DNA of 32,948 nt. It comes from Kofleriaceae bacterium (GTDB lineage Bacteria; Myxococcota_A; Polyangia; Haliangiales; Haliangiaceae). A program made the position numbers and the translations under genes. Below, piece after piece: positions 1 through 8,110 of the stretch. The notes beneath the pieces were generated by a model that saw only the letters and a program-made list of their open reading frames with translations, was not told where the DNA came from and ran no database searches. The DNA is taken from contig JBKJLC010000121.1 of assembly GCA_046597055.1 (NCBI GenBank), positions 1 to 32,948 of the forward strand, read 5' to 3'. Within the stretch, counting starts at the first letter, position 1. Each line of letters starts with the position of its first letter.

Positions 1-1
1 G

Positions 2-1165
2 TCAGTTCTCGCAGCGGTCGCCGGCGACCTCGATCGCGCGGTCGTAGTGCACGTCGACGCCGGCGGCGGCGACCAGGCGGTTGACCAGGATCGCGCCGAA
101 GACCTCGAGCGGGCCGCTGGCCGACAGATCGGCGGCCGGTGCGTACAGGTTGCCCGCGAGCAGCGAGCCGCCCGACAGGTTGATCGAGCCGGCCGAGGCG
201 ACGTACAGGCGGAGGTCGCGCGGCCGGAGCGGGTCCCCGAGGCGGACCGCGCCGGGCAGGTTGAGGAAGCCGGTGATGAACAGGTCGAGCTCGGCGCCGG
301 GCGCGACCTCGACCGTGAGGTCGCCGTCGATGGTGACGTTGCCGCCGATGAAGAGCGCGGTGCGCCCGGTGGCGCGCACGGTGAGCGAGCCGCCGCCGGT
401 GACCTGGAGTTGATCGAGGTAGAACCGGCCACACGGCAGCTCGAGCAGGGCGTCGCCGCGGTGATCGGCGTAGGTGTCGCGGGCCAGGCCGATCGCCTCG
501 TTGTGGTTGGCGAGGCGGTGATCGGCGACCACCGCGCCGATGTCGACCACGCCGCCCGGGTCGCACCGGCACGGCGGCGCCACCGCCACCGGCGCGGTCA
601 CCCGGCTGCCGGCGGTGACGGTGCCGGTCGCGATCGTGCCGGGCGGGGTCGTCAGCGCGCCGGTGACGCCGAGCGAGGCGACGTCGATGTGGCCGCCGAC
701 CCGGGCGGCGCCGTCGACCGTGATCCGCGACGACGAGCGGCCCAGGGTGCCACCGACGGCGAGATCGCCGCGGACGCGGAAGGTGTCGCCGACCCCGGCG
801 GCCCCGGCGATGGTGACGTCGCCGCCGATGGTGACCGTCCCGGCCAGCGAGACGCCGAGGTTGCCGCCGAGATCGCCGCCGGCGCCGCCCGGCGCCCACG
901 CCGCGGTGCGCGAGTCGAAGCCATCGGTGGTGACCGCGGTTGCGAGCGAGAGATCGCCGCACGCACACACCGCGTGGCGGAACACGGCCTCGGCGACGTC
1001 GCCGGTGCAGGCGTCGTTGACCAGCACCGGCGGCCCGGTGCCCGCACAGTAGCCGTCGCGATCGTCGCCGCCGCCGGCGGTCGCCACGGTGTCGCGCGCC
1101 ACGCACGCGACCGCGAGCCCGGCGCCGGCGAGCCCGGCCGCCGCGATCGCGAGCGCGCGGATCAT
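2..1165 (-). CDS. Putative lipoprotein, Gly/Val-rich beta-strand-repeat surface protein (DUF7305-like C-terminus)
   Basis: True start MIRALAIAAAGLAGAGLAVAC (lipobox-like Cys) at 1165, ATGA-overlapping the upstream stop; the rest of the 701-aa track ORF is a shadow extension; paired Cys and C-terminal LAGNLYAPAADL..VFGAILVNRL. Confidence 0.7.
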   Translation of the reverse strand: MIRALAIAAAGLAGAGLAVACVARDTVATAGGGDDRDGYCAGTGPPVLVNDACTGDVAEAVFRHAVCACGDLSLATAVTTDGFDSRTAAWAPGGAGGDLGGNLGVSLAGTVTIGGDVTIAGAAGVGDTFRVRGDLAVGGTLGRSSSRITVDGAARVGGHIDVASLGVTGALTTPPGTIATGTVTAGSRVTAPVAVAPPCRCDPGGVVDIGAVVADHRLANHNEAIGLARDTYADHRGDALLELPCGRFYLDQLQVTGGGSLTVRATGRTALFIGGNVTIDGDLTVEVAPGAELDLFITGFLNLPGAVRLGDPLRPRDLRLYVASAGSINLSGGSLLAGNLYAPAADLSASGPLEVFGAILVNRLVAAAGVDVHYDRAIEVAGDRCEN

Positions 1166-2070
1166 CGCGACAGCTCGGCCCGACGTCGCCGTGCGGCCGG
1201 CGCCAGCGCCGAGCCGGGATGGACCGCGAGGAAGTCGGTGAGGGCGGCCAGCTCGCCGTCGACCTCGCCCTGGGCCCGGTGCGCCTCGGCGATGCCCCAC
1301 CGCGCCTCCTCGGCGAGCGGGCCGCGCGGGCGGGTCGCCAGCGCGTGGCGGTAGCTGCGCAGCGCGCCGGCCGGATCGCGCAGATGGCCCAGGTGAATCG
1401 TGGCCGAGGCGACCTCGGCGACCACCGCGGCGTCGGTGCCGGGGAAGCTGCGCATCACCCGGCGGTAGAGCGCGTCGGCGCTGCGCCAGTCCTGATCCTT
1501 GCGCTGCTGGTTGGCCAGCGCGAGCACGTCCTCGGCCGGCGCGTCGTCGGGCAGGGTGGGGACCGGCGCGCGCTCGGGGCGCGGCGCGGGCCGGCGGATC
1601 GTGGTGCCCTCCATCTCGATCTCGGGATCGGGGGGCGGCTCGGCCTCGGGGCCGAGCGACGGCGCCGGTGCGCGGTCGGGCCCGGGCGCCGGTGCCGGCG
1701 TGGCGGTCGCGGGCGCCGGGCTCGCGAGCTGGCGGGTCACCAGGACCGCGGCGGCGGGGCCGACGGTGGCGGCCACCACCACCGCGGCGGCGAGCAGCGC
1801 GATCGTGCGACCGGGGCGGCGGCGCGGCGCCGGCGCGCGCACCACGACCCGCGCGGGCGCGGGCCCGGCCTCGGGTGCGGCGAGCGCATCCGGGACCAGC
1901 GCGGCGTCGAGGATCGAGCTCACCATCGCCGCTGACTTGGCGGCCGACATGCGCCGGGCCGGGCCCGCGTGGTCGTCCAGCCGGGGCAGCAGCAGCGCGT
2001 CGAGCGCCTCGAGGCCGCGGACCGTGTGCACGGTGGTGGCATCCTCGGTGCCGGGCCGGCGGCGGTTCAT
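1162..2070 (-). CDS. Putative membrane anti-sigma factor with Pro-rich linker and C-terminal TPR domain
   Basis: Overlaps the ECF sigma stop (ATGA); one hydrophobic TM segment (TIALLAAAVVVAATVG), Pro/Ala linker, TPR-like helices (ADALYRRVMRSFPGT, ALRSYRHALATRPRGPLAEEA, FLAVHPGSALAPAA). Confidence 0.75.
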   Translation of the reverse strand: MNRRRPGTEDATTVHTVRGLEALDALLLPRLDDHAGPARRMSAAKSAAMVSSILDAALVPDALAAPEAGPAPARVVVRAPAPRRRPGRTIALLAAAVVVAATVGPAAAVLVTRQLASPAPATATPAPAPGPDRAPAPSLGPEAEPPPDPEIEMEGTTIRRPAPRPERAPVPTLPDDAPAEDVLALANQQRKDQDWRSADALYRRVMRSFPGTDAAVVAEVASATIHLGHLRDPAGALRSYRHALATRPRGPLAEEARWGIAEAHRAQGEVDGELAALTDFLAVHPGSALAPAARRRRAELSR

Positions 2071-2615
2071 CGCTCACCTCCGGTGCCGGCGTCGGTCGAC
2101 AGCGCACGCAGCTTGCCGATGCCGATGCGCAGGCGGCTGCGCACGGTCTCGAACGGGGCGCCGATCTCCTCGGCGATCTCGGGCACCGACAGCCCGAGCA
2201 CGTGGTGCAGCACCAGCACGTGGCGCTGGTCGTCGGGGAGCTGATCGAGCAGCTTCACCGACGCCCGCCGCGCGGCGTAGTCGTCGGGCGGGCCATCGGG
2301 ATGGGGCACCGCGGCCAGATCGGCGCCGCCATCGATGCGCGCCCGCTCCCGGCGGGCCCGGCGCAGCCCGGCGAAGGTCGAGCGCACGGCGACCCGATCG
2401 GCCCACGCGTCGAGCGAGCCCTCGCCGCGGTGGCTGGGCAGCCCGCGCACGATCGCGACCATCGCTTCCTGCGCCAGGTCGTCGGCATCGACGTCGCCGC
2501 GGACCAGGTAACGCACCAGGTTGCGGATGCGCGGCAGCAGCTCGGTGACCAGCGATTCGAGGGCCCGACGGTCGCCCGCGACCGCCGCCGCGAGCCGGGG
2601 ATCCGGTTCGGTCAT
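2067..2615 (-). CDS. ECF-family RNA polymerase sigma factor
   Basis: Region 2 (DADDLAQEAMVAIVRGL..SLDAWADRVA) and region 4 (LDQLPDDQRHVLVLHHVLGLSVPEIAEEIGAPFETVRSRL); start could be 2615 or 2648. Confidence 0.92.
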   Translation of the reverse strand: MTEPDPRLAAAVAGDRRALESLVTELLPRIRNLVRYLVRGDVDADDLAQEAMVAIVRGLPSHRGEGSLDAWADRVAVRSTFAGLRRARRERARIDGGADLAAVPHPDGPPDDYAARRASVKLLDQLPDDQRHVLVLHHVLGLSVPEIAEEIGAPFETVRSRLRIGIGKLRALSTDAGTGGER

Positions 2616-2747
2616 GGCGACGGTCTCGCAGGCCAGGGCAGCGCGCATCTCTCCGGTATCGAGACCCGCACCGGGCCGATCGGGTCACGGCATCCTGCTG
2701 ATGATGACGAGATGAGCGAGCGTGTCATGACGGGCACTTGCGTGAGC

Positions 2748-3851
2748 TCAGAACGGATCGATCACGATTCCCACGCCGGCGTGGGGCTGAAGCGGCCACT
2801 GGGAGGCGACCGGGATGAACATACCGCCTCCGGCGACGCCGAACTCGGGCGGTCGTGCCACCAGGTCGACGCCGATGCTCAGGGTGATCCAGGTCGAGGG
2901 CGCCAGCCGCCGCCCCAGGCGCACGGCCGGCGTGGCGACCGGCGTCCAGCTGACCGCGGCCGCGGTCGCCTCGAGGCCCGCCGAGGTCGACGTCGTGCTG
3001 CGTCGGAAGCGCGCCATCGCGACCGCCAGGTCGGCCGCGATCCGCCAGCGCGCGGTGCGCCGGCGCTGCGCCGCGCCGTGGACGTCGAGGCCGAGCGCGA
3101 CGCCGACCGCCTGGCGCTCCACCTCGATGGTGGCGTCGCTCGACGTGTAGGTGGTGGCCGGATGGTGGGCGCCCACCGCGGCGACCCGGAACGGCCCACC
3201 GGCCGCGCCGATGCGCGCGCCGATGCCGTGGTGCCCGGCCGCGCCATCGAGCACGCCCGACCAGCCGAGCTCGGCGAACGGCCGCAGCGGGCGCACCGAG
3301 GACTCGCTCGCGCCGGTCGCGCTCGGTGTGATCGCGGCCGCCACCGGCGGCGGCGTGGCCGCGATCACCACGGGCGGCACGCTGGCGCCGTCGCTCACGC
3401 CGATCTCGCCACCGGCGGCCATCCCGCGGATCGCGGTGCGCACGATCACGGCGACCGACTCGATCGCCGCGGAGCTCGACATCGCACCCTCGCGCTCGTG
3501 CACTCGCCGCACCAGCACCCGGTCGCCCGCCGGCTCGGCCACGTGGACGATCCAGCCGTCGCGGTCGTGGCGGAACCAGACCACGGCGTCGGCGTCGCGA
3601 TCGCTGGCGACCCGGCGCGCGGTCGCGAGCTGCACCGATAGATCGGCCGGTAGCGCGGCGTGCTCGAGTTGCTCGACCACGGCGTCGAGGTCGGCGGTCT
3701 GGCCCTCGATGCGGGTCGCCAGGACCGCATCGTCCTCGCTGGCGACCAGGACGGTGACGCGGATCGGCGGCCCGGCGGTCGCGGTCCCGGACAGCGCGAG
3801 CGCCGCGAGCAGCGCGATCGCACCGGGCCACGGACGCCGACTGACGATCAC
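2748..3851 (-). CDS. Secreted/outer-membrane hypothetical protein, first gene of the ECF operon
   Basis: Signal peptide (RRPWPGAIALLAALALSGTATA), amphipathic beta-strand-like C-terminal half ending in Phe (GVGIVIDPF); TAGAGT 6 nt before the GTG start. Confidence 0.7.
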   Translation of the reverse strand: MIVSRRPWPGAIALLAALALSGTATAGPPIRVTVLVASEDDAVLATRIEGQTADLDAVVEQLEHAALPADLSVQLATARRVASDRDADAVVWFRHDRDGWIVHVAEPAGDRVLVRRVHEREGAMSSSAAIESVAVIVRTAIRGMAAGGEIGVSDGASVPPVVIAATPPPVAAAITPSATGASESSVRPLRPFAELGWSGVLDGAAGHHGIGARIGAAGGPFRVAAVGAHHPATTYTSSDATIEVERQAVGVALGLDVHGAAQRRRTARWRIAADLAVAMARFRRSTTSTSAGLEATAAAVSWTPVATPAVRLGRRLAPSTWITLSIGVDLVARPPEFGVAGGGMFIPVASQWPLQPHAGVGIVIDPF

Positions 3852-3919
3852 AGAGCGACTCTACGTGATCGCGCGGGCCACCGCCCGCGGGTGTCGACCG
3901 AGACCCGAGCCCCCGCTTC

Positions 3920-3938
3920 GGGTGGGGGGCCCCCACCC
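3920..3938. promoter_or_regulatory. Interrupted palindrome GGGTGGGGG-G-CCCCCACCC in a divergent intergenic region
   Basis: Perfect 9-bp arms read directly; function as an operator is unproven. Confidence 0.3.
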
Positions 3939-4024
3939 ACGCAAGGACGCGATTCTCGACGAGAAATCGATCGCGACCGTGACCCGAACGCGACCGGCCT
4001 CGCCTCTCTCTCCAGCAGTCGCCC

Positions 4025-5545
4025 ATGTCATCCAACCCGCCGACGCGCGTGCCTACACCCCCGCCCGATTGCTCGTGTGACGACCACGATCTGGCGCCGC
4101 TGGCGCCGCCGGTGGAGCCGCAGGATCCGACCACCCTGCCGTTCCGGAAGTCGCGCGGGACCTCGCCGCCGCCACTGCGCGACTACGATCCGGACACGCT
4201 GCCCGACACCGAGCCGGAGCACGCGCCGTTCGATGCCGCGCCCGCACCTGCGCCCGAGCGTCCTCGCCGCAACGTCAGCCGGCGCGGCTTCACCGCGGGC
4301 CTCGGCGCCGCGCTGCTGGCGGCCCCGTTTTTGGGCCTGCTCACCCGCGCCAATCGCGCCAGCGCCGCGACCGGGCGCACCGCCAAGCGGCTGGTCGTGT
4401 TCTTCACGCCCAACGGCACGGTGCCCGCGCAGTGGCGCCCGACCGGCACCGAGACCGCGTGGAGCTTCCCGGCCGGCAGCATCCTCGAGCCGCTCGCCCC
4501 CCATAAAGACAAGCTGGTGGTGATCGACGGCCTGCAGTTCACCAACAGCACCAACCACGAGGGCGGCATGGCCGCGATGCTCACCGGTGGCGGCGGGGCC
4601 GGCACGGCGTCGCGCGGCATGTCGGTCGACCAGCACGTCGCCGCCGCGATCGGCGGCACCAGCCGGCTGCGCTCGCTCGAGCTCGGGGTCCAGACCTCGG
4701 CCTGGGGCGGCAGCGTGCAGACCCGGATGAGCTACACCGCGCCCGGCCAGTACGCGCCGCCCGACGACAGCCCGCGCGGCGTGTACGGCCGCGTGTTCGG
4801 CGCCGCCACCCCGACCCCCGGCGGCGCCGACCTGGTGCTGGCCCGCCGGCGCAGCGTGCTCGACGCGGTCAAGGGCGACCTCGGCGATCTGAAGAGCCGG
4901 CTCGGCACCAGCGCGCAGGTCAACCTCGAGCAGCACCTCGAGTCGCTGCGCGAGCTCGAGCGCGGCCTCGGCGGCGGCGCCACCTGCAGCGGCGGCACGC
5001 CGGTCGCCGACCTCCCGCTCTACGACAACGCCAACTTTCCCGCGATCGGCAAGACCCAGATGGATCTGCTGGTCGCGTCGCTCGCGTGCGGCTCGACCAA
5101 GGTCGCGTCGCTGCAGTGGGCGCACACGGTCGCGCCGCACGTCTTCACGTGGCTCGGTCAGTCCGACAGCCACCACAGCCTGTCGCACATGGACGACGGC
5201 AACACCGCTGGCGTCGCCAGCTTCGTGAAGGCCGAGCGCTGGTTCAGCGAGCAGTTTGGCTACCTGATCGGCAAGCTGGCGGCGACCCCCGATCCCGCCG
5301 GCGGCACGATGCTCGATTCGACCCTGGTCGTCTGGTGCAAGGAGATGGGCGACTCGCGCGCCCACGTCTGCACCGACGTCCCGTTCGTGCTCGCCGGCGG
5401 CGGCGCGTTCAGCCCGGGCCGCTACCTCAAGGCGAGCGGCGCCTCGCACACCAAGCTGCTCGTCTCGATCTGTCAGGCGATGGGCCTGACCAACACGTCA
5501 TTCGGCGATCCCGCCACGGGCTCGGGCCCGCTGGCCGGGCTGTGA
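4025..5545 (+). CDS. DUF1552 (HXXSHH-type) domain protein with Tat-like signal
   Basis: SRRGFTAGLGAALLAAPFL twin-arginine-like motif, KRLVVFFTPNG, SVDQHVA..LRSLELGV, HHSLSH, TLVVWCKEMGDSRAH..VPFVLAGG. Confidence 0.88.
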   Translation: MSSNPPTRVPTPPPDCSCDDHDLAPLAPPVEPQDPTTLPFRKSRGTSPPPLRDYDPDTLPDTEPEHAPFDAAPAPAPERPRRNVSRRGFTAGLGAALLAAPFLGLLTRANRASAATGRTAKRLVVFFTPNGTVPAQWRPTGTETAWSFPAGSILEPLAPHKDKLVVIDGLQFTNSTNHEGGMAAMLTGGGGAGTASRGMSVDQHVAAAIGGTSRLRSLELGVQTSAWGGSVQTRMSYTAPGQYAPPDDSPRGVYGRVFGAATPTPGGADLVLARRRSVLDAVKGDLGDLKSRLGTSAQVNLEQHLESLRELERGLGGGATCSGGTPVADLPLYDNANFPAIGKTQMDLLVASLACGSTKVASLQWAHTVAPHVFTWLGQSDSHHSLSHMDDGNTAGVASFVKAERWFSEQFGYLIGKLAATPDPAGGTMLDSTLVVWCKEMGDSRAHVCTDVPFVLAGGGAFSPGRYLKASGASHTKLLVSICQAMGLTNTSFGDPATGSGPLAGL

Positions 5546-5553
5546 GGAACAAC

Positions 5554-5964
5554 ATGCGCATCCAGAACCTGCTCGTCATCGCCACCGCCTCGCTGCTGCT
5601 CGCCTGCGTCGAGGAGGCCGACACCGCGTCGTGCGCGCCCGACACCGCGACCTTCCAGGCGCAGGTCTGGACCCCGGTGCTGTCGAGCCGCTGCGCCAGC
5701 TGCCACAGCGCCAGCGGGCTCGCCGCCAACTCCGACTTCGTGCTCGCGGCCTCGGCGATGGCGGCCAACCTCGAGACCAGCAGCCAGATGGCGAGCGCGA
5801 GCGAGGGCGGCGAGTCGCTGCTCGTGCTCCGCGCGATCGGCACCAACCACCCGGGCGGCGCCATCGTCGTGGCGGGCTCGCCCGAGCACGGCGCGCTGGT
5901 CGACTTCGCCGCCAAGGTCCGCGGCACCCCCGGGGCCTGCGACGACCCGCCGGCGGGCGAGTGA
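5554..5964 (+). CDS. Small monoheme cytochrome c lipoprotein (136 aa), paralog of the N-terminal domain of the next gene
   Basis: GAGGA RBS then ATG 5554; lipobox LLAC; CASCH heme motif; NHPGG candidate distal His. Confidence 0.8.
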   Translation: MRIQNLLVIATASLLLACVEEADTASCAPDTATFQAQVWTPVLSSRCASCHSASGLAANSDFVLAASAMAANLETSSQMASASEGGESLLVLRAIGTNHPGGAIVVAGSPEHGALVDFAAKVRGTPGACDDPPAGE

Positions 5965-5969
5965 GCGCC

Positions 5970-7892
5970 ATGCGCATCGCGCACCTGATCGCGGTCGCGA
6001 CCACCGGGCTCCTGGCCGCCTGCGTGGGCCAGATCGACAACAACGCGTCGTGCCCGCCCGACACCGAGACCTTCCAGGCCCGGGTGTGGGCCCCGGTGCT
6101 TTCGACCCGGTGCGCGACCTGCCACAGCTCGAGCGGGCTCGCCGCCAGCTCCGACTTCGTGCTCTCCGGCACCGCGATGCCGACCAACCTCGAGGCCTCG
6201 AGCCGGATGGCGAGCGCGAGCGAGGCCGGCGAGTCGCTGCTGGTGCTGCGCGCGATCGGCACCAACCACCCGGGCGGCGCGGTGCTCGTGGCCGGCTCGG
6301 CCGAGCACGCGGCGCTGGTCGCGTTCGCCGGCCAGGTCCGCGGCACCGCCGGCGCCTGCGACGACCCGGCGCTGTCGTGCGCCCCCGGCGATCCCGGCCC
6401 GCGCGTGCTGCGCCGGCTGTCGCGCGCCGAGTACGACGTCACGCTCCGCGACGTGTTCGGCGTCGACGCCCGCTACGCGCCGGCCCTGGTCGCCGACGTG
6501 GTCGTGCACGGCTTCGACAACAACTCCAAGGCCCTGGTGGTGTCGCCGCTGCTCGCCGAGCAGCTGCGCAGCGCGGCCGAGGAGGTCGCGGCGACCGTGG
6601 CCGCGGGTCCCGACCTCGCGTGCAACACCGGCGACGAGCCGGCCTGCGCGCGCGGGTTCCTCGCCGGCAAGGCGGCGCGGGTGTTCCGCCGCCCGCTCAC
6701 GCCGGCCGAGATCGAGCGGTGGATGGCGATCTACCAGGCCGGCCGCGAGACCCCGGCGGTCGGGATGACCGCGCACCGCGCCGGCATGGAGCTGGTGGTC
6801 GCCGGCCTGCTGCAGGCCCCGTCGTTCCTGTATCGCACCGAGCTGGGCGAGCCCGCCGCCGACGGCCGGCACGCGCTGACCTCGTACGAGATCGCGTCCG
6901 AGCTGTCGTACTTCCTCTGGGCCGCGCCGCCGGACGACGAGCTGTGGCAGGCCGCCGAGCGCGACGCGCTGCGTGACCCCGCCGCGATCGCGACCCAGGC
7001 CCGCCGGCTGCTGGCGTCGCCGCGCGCGCGGGCGTCGATCGATCGGTTCACCGCTCAGTGGCTGGCGATCGACCAGCTCGACACCGTCGCCAAGGATCCG
7101 ATGACGTACCCCGAGTTGACGCCGTCGTTGCGCAAGGCGATGGGCGAGGAGGCGCGCCGCATGGTCGCCGAGGTCGCCCAGGGCGGTGGCACCTTCGCCG
7201 ACCTGCTCGCGTCCGATCACACCTGGGCCAACGCCGAGCTGGCCCGCTTCTACGGCCTGCCGGCGCCCGGCACCGTCGACGGCAGCGGCTTCGGTCGGGT
7301 CACCAGCACCGGTCGCACCGGCCTGCTCGCGACCGGCGCGGTCCTGACCACCCACGCCCGCGCGTCCTCGTCGTCGCCGATCCACCGCGGCAAGCTGGTC
7401 CGCGAGCGCTTCCTCTGTCAGGAGCTGCCGCCGCCGCCGCCGGGCCTCAACGCCCAGCCGCCCGCGGTCGATCCGACCAAGACCACCCGTGAGCGCTTCG
7501 CCCAGCACGCCGCCGACCCGGCCTGCTCCGGCTGCCACGACCTGATGGATCCGGTCGGCTTCGCCTTCGAGCGCTTCGACGGCATCGGCCGCCGCCGCGA
7601 GACCGAGGGCGGCCGGCCGGTCGACGACAGCGGCGAGGTCCGCGGCTCGGTCGCCTCCAACGGCGCGTTCAGCGGCACCGGCGGCCTCGCCGAGCACCTG
7701 GCCGCGAGCAACGAGGTCCAGACCTGCTTCACCCGCCAGTGGGTGCGCTGGGCCTACGCCGTCGAGGAAGACGCGCAGACCGCGTGCCTGGTCGACGAGG
7801 TCGGCGCCGCGTTCGTCGCCGGCGGCGGCAGCGTCGAGGACCTGCTGGTCGCGCTGACCCAGACCAGCCACTTCCGGTTCCGCGCGAACTGA
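5970..7892 (+). CDS. DUF1592/DUF1588/DUF1595/DUF1587 family cytochrome c lipoprotein
   Basis: Lipobox LAAC, CATCH, LRRLSRAEYDVTLRDVFG, LLQAPSFLYRTE, LTSYEIASELSYFLW..PPDDEL, SSPIHRGKLVRERFLC, CSGCH..MDPVGFAFERFDGIGR. Confidence 0.9.
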   Translation: MRIAHLIAVATTGLLAACVGQIDNNASCPPDTETFQARVWAPVLSTRCATCHSSSGLAASSDFVLSGTAMPTNLEASSRMASASEAGESLLVLRAIGTNHPGGAVLVAGSAEHAALVAFAGQVRGTAGACDDPALSCAPGDPGPRVLRRLSRAEYDVTLRDVFGVDARYAPALVADVVVHGFDNNSKALVVSPLLAEQLRSAAEEVAATVAAGPDLACNTGDEPACARGFLAGKAARVFRRPLTPAEIERWMAIYQAGRETPAVGMTAHRAGMELVVAGLLQAPSFLYRTELGEPAADGRHALTSYEIASELSYFLWAAPPDDELWQAAERDALRDPAAIATQARRLLASPRARASIDRFTAQWLAIDQLDTVAKDPMTYPELTPSLRKAMGEEARRMVAEVAQGGGTFADLLASDHTWANAELARFYGLPAPGTVDGSGFGRVTSTGRTGLLATGAVLTTHARASSSSPIHRGKLVRERFLCQELPPPPPGLNAQPPAVDPTKTTRERFAQHAADPACSGCHDLMDPVGFAFERFDGIGRRRETEGGRPVDDSGEVRGSVASNGAFSGTGGLAEHLAASNEVQTCFTRQWVRWAYAVEEDAQTACLVDEVGAAFVAGGGSVEDLLVALTQTSHFRFRAN

Positions 7893-7918
7893 TTCGCTGC
7901 TGGCGGCCGCAGCTGCGC

Positions 7919-8012
7919 GATCGGCAGCGGCAGCGGGATCGGCAGCGGCAGCGGGACCGGCAGCGGCAGCGGGGCCGGCAGCGGCAGCGGCAGCGGCAGC
8001 GGCAGCGGCAGC
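7919..8012 (+). repeat. Hexamer repeat (CAGCGG)n with 18-nt higher-order unit
   Basis: gatcgg/gatcgg/gaccgg/ggccgg each followed by cagcgg cagcgg, then a pure cagcgg run; lies just after the stop at 7892. Confidence 0.9.
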
Positions 8013-8054
8013 CGGCGATGGCAGCTGGGGGGCGCGGGGCGCGGGGAGAGTGCG

Positions 8055-8090
8055 TCCCTCTCCCTCTCCCTCTCCCTCTCCCTCTCCCCT
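8055..8090 (-). repeat. (TCCCTC)5 + variant, i.e. (GGGAGA)n on the minus strand downstream of the gene ending at 8111
   Basis: Five exact copies 8055-8084 plus tcccct. Confidence 0.9.
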
Positions 8091-8110
8091 CGTCGCCGCC
8101 TACCGCCTGC

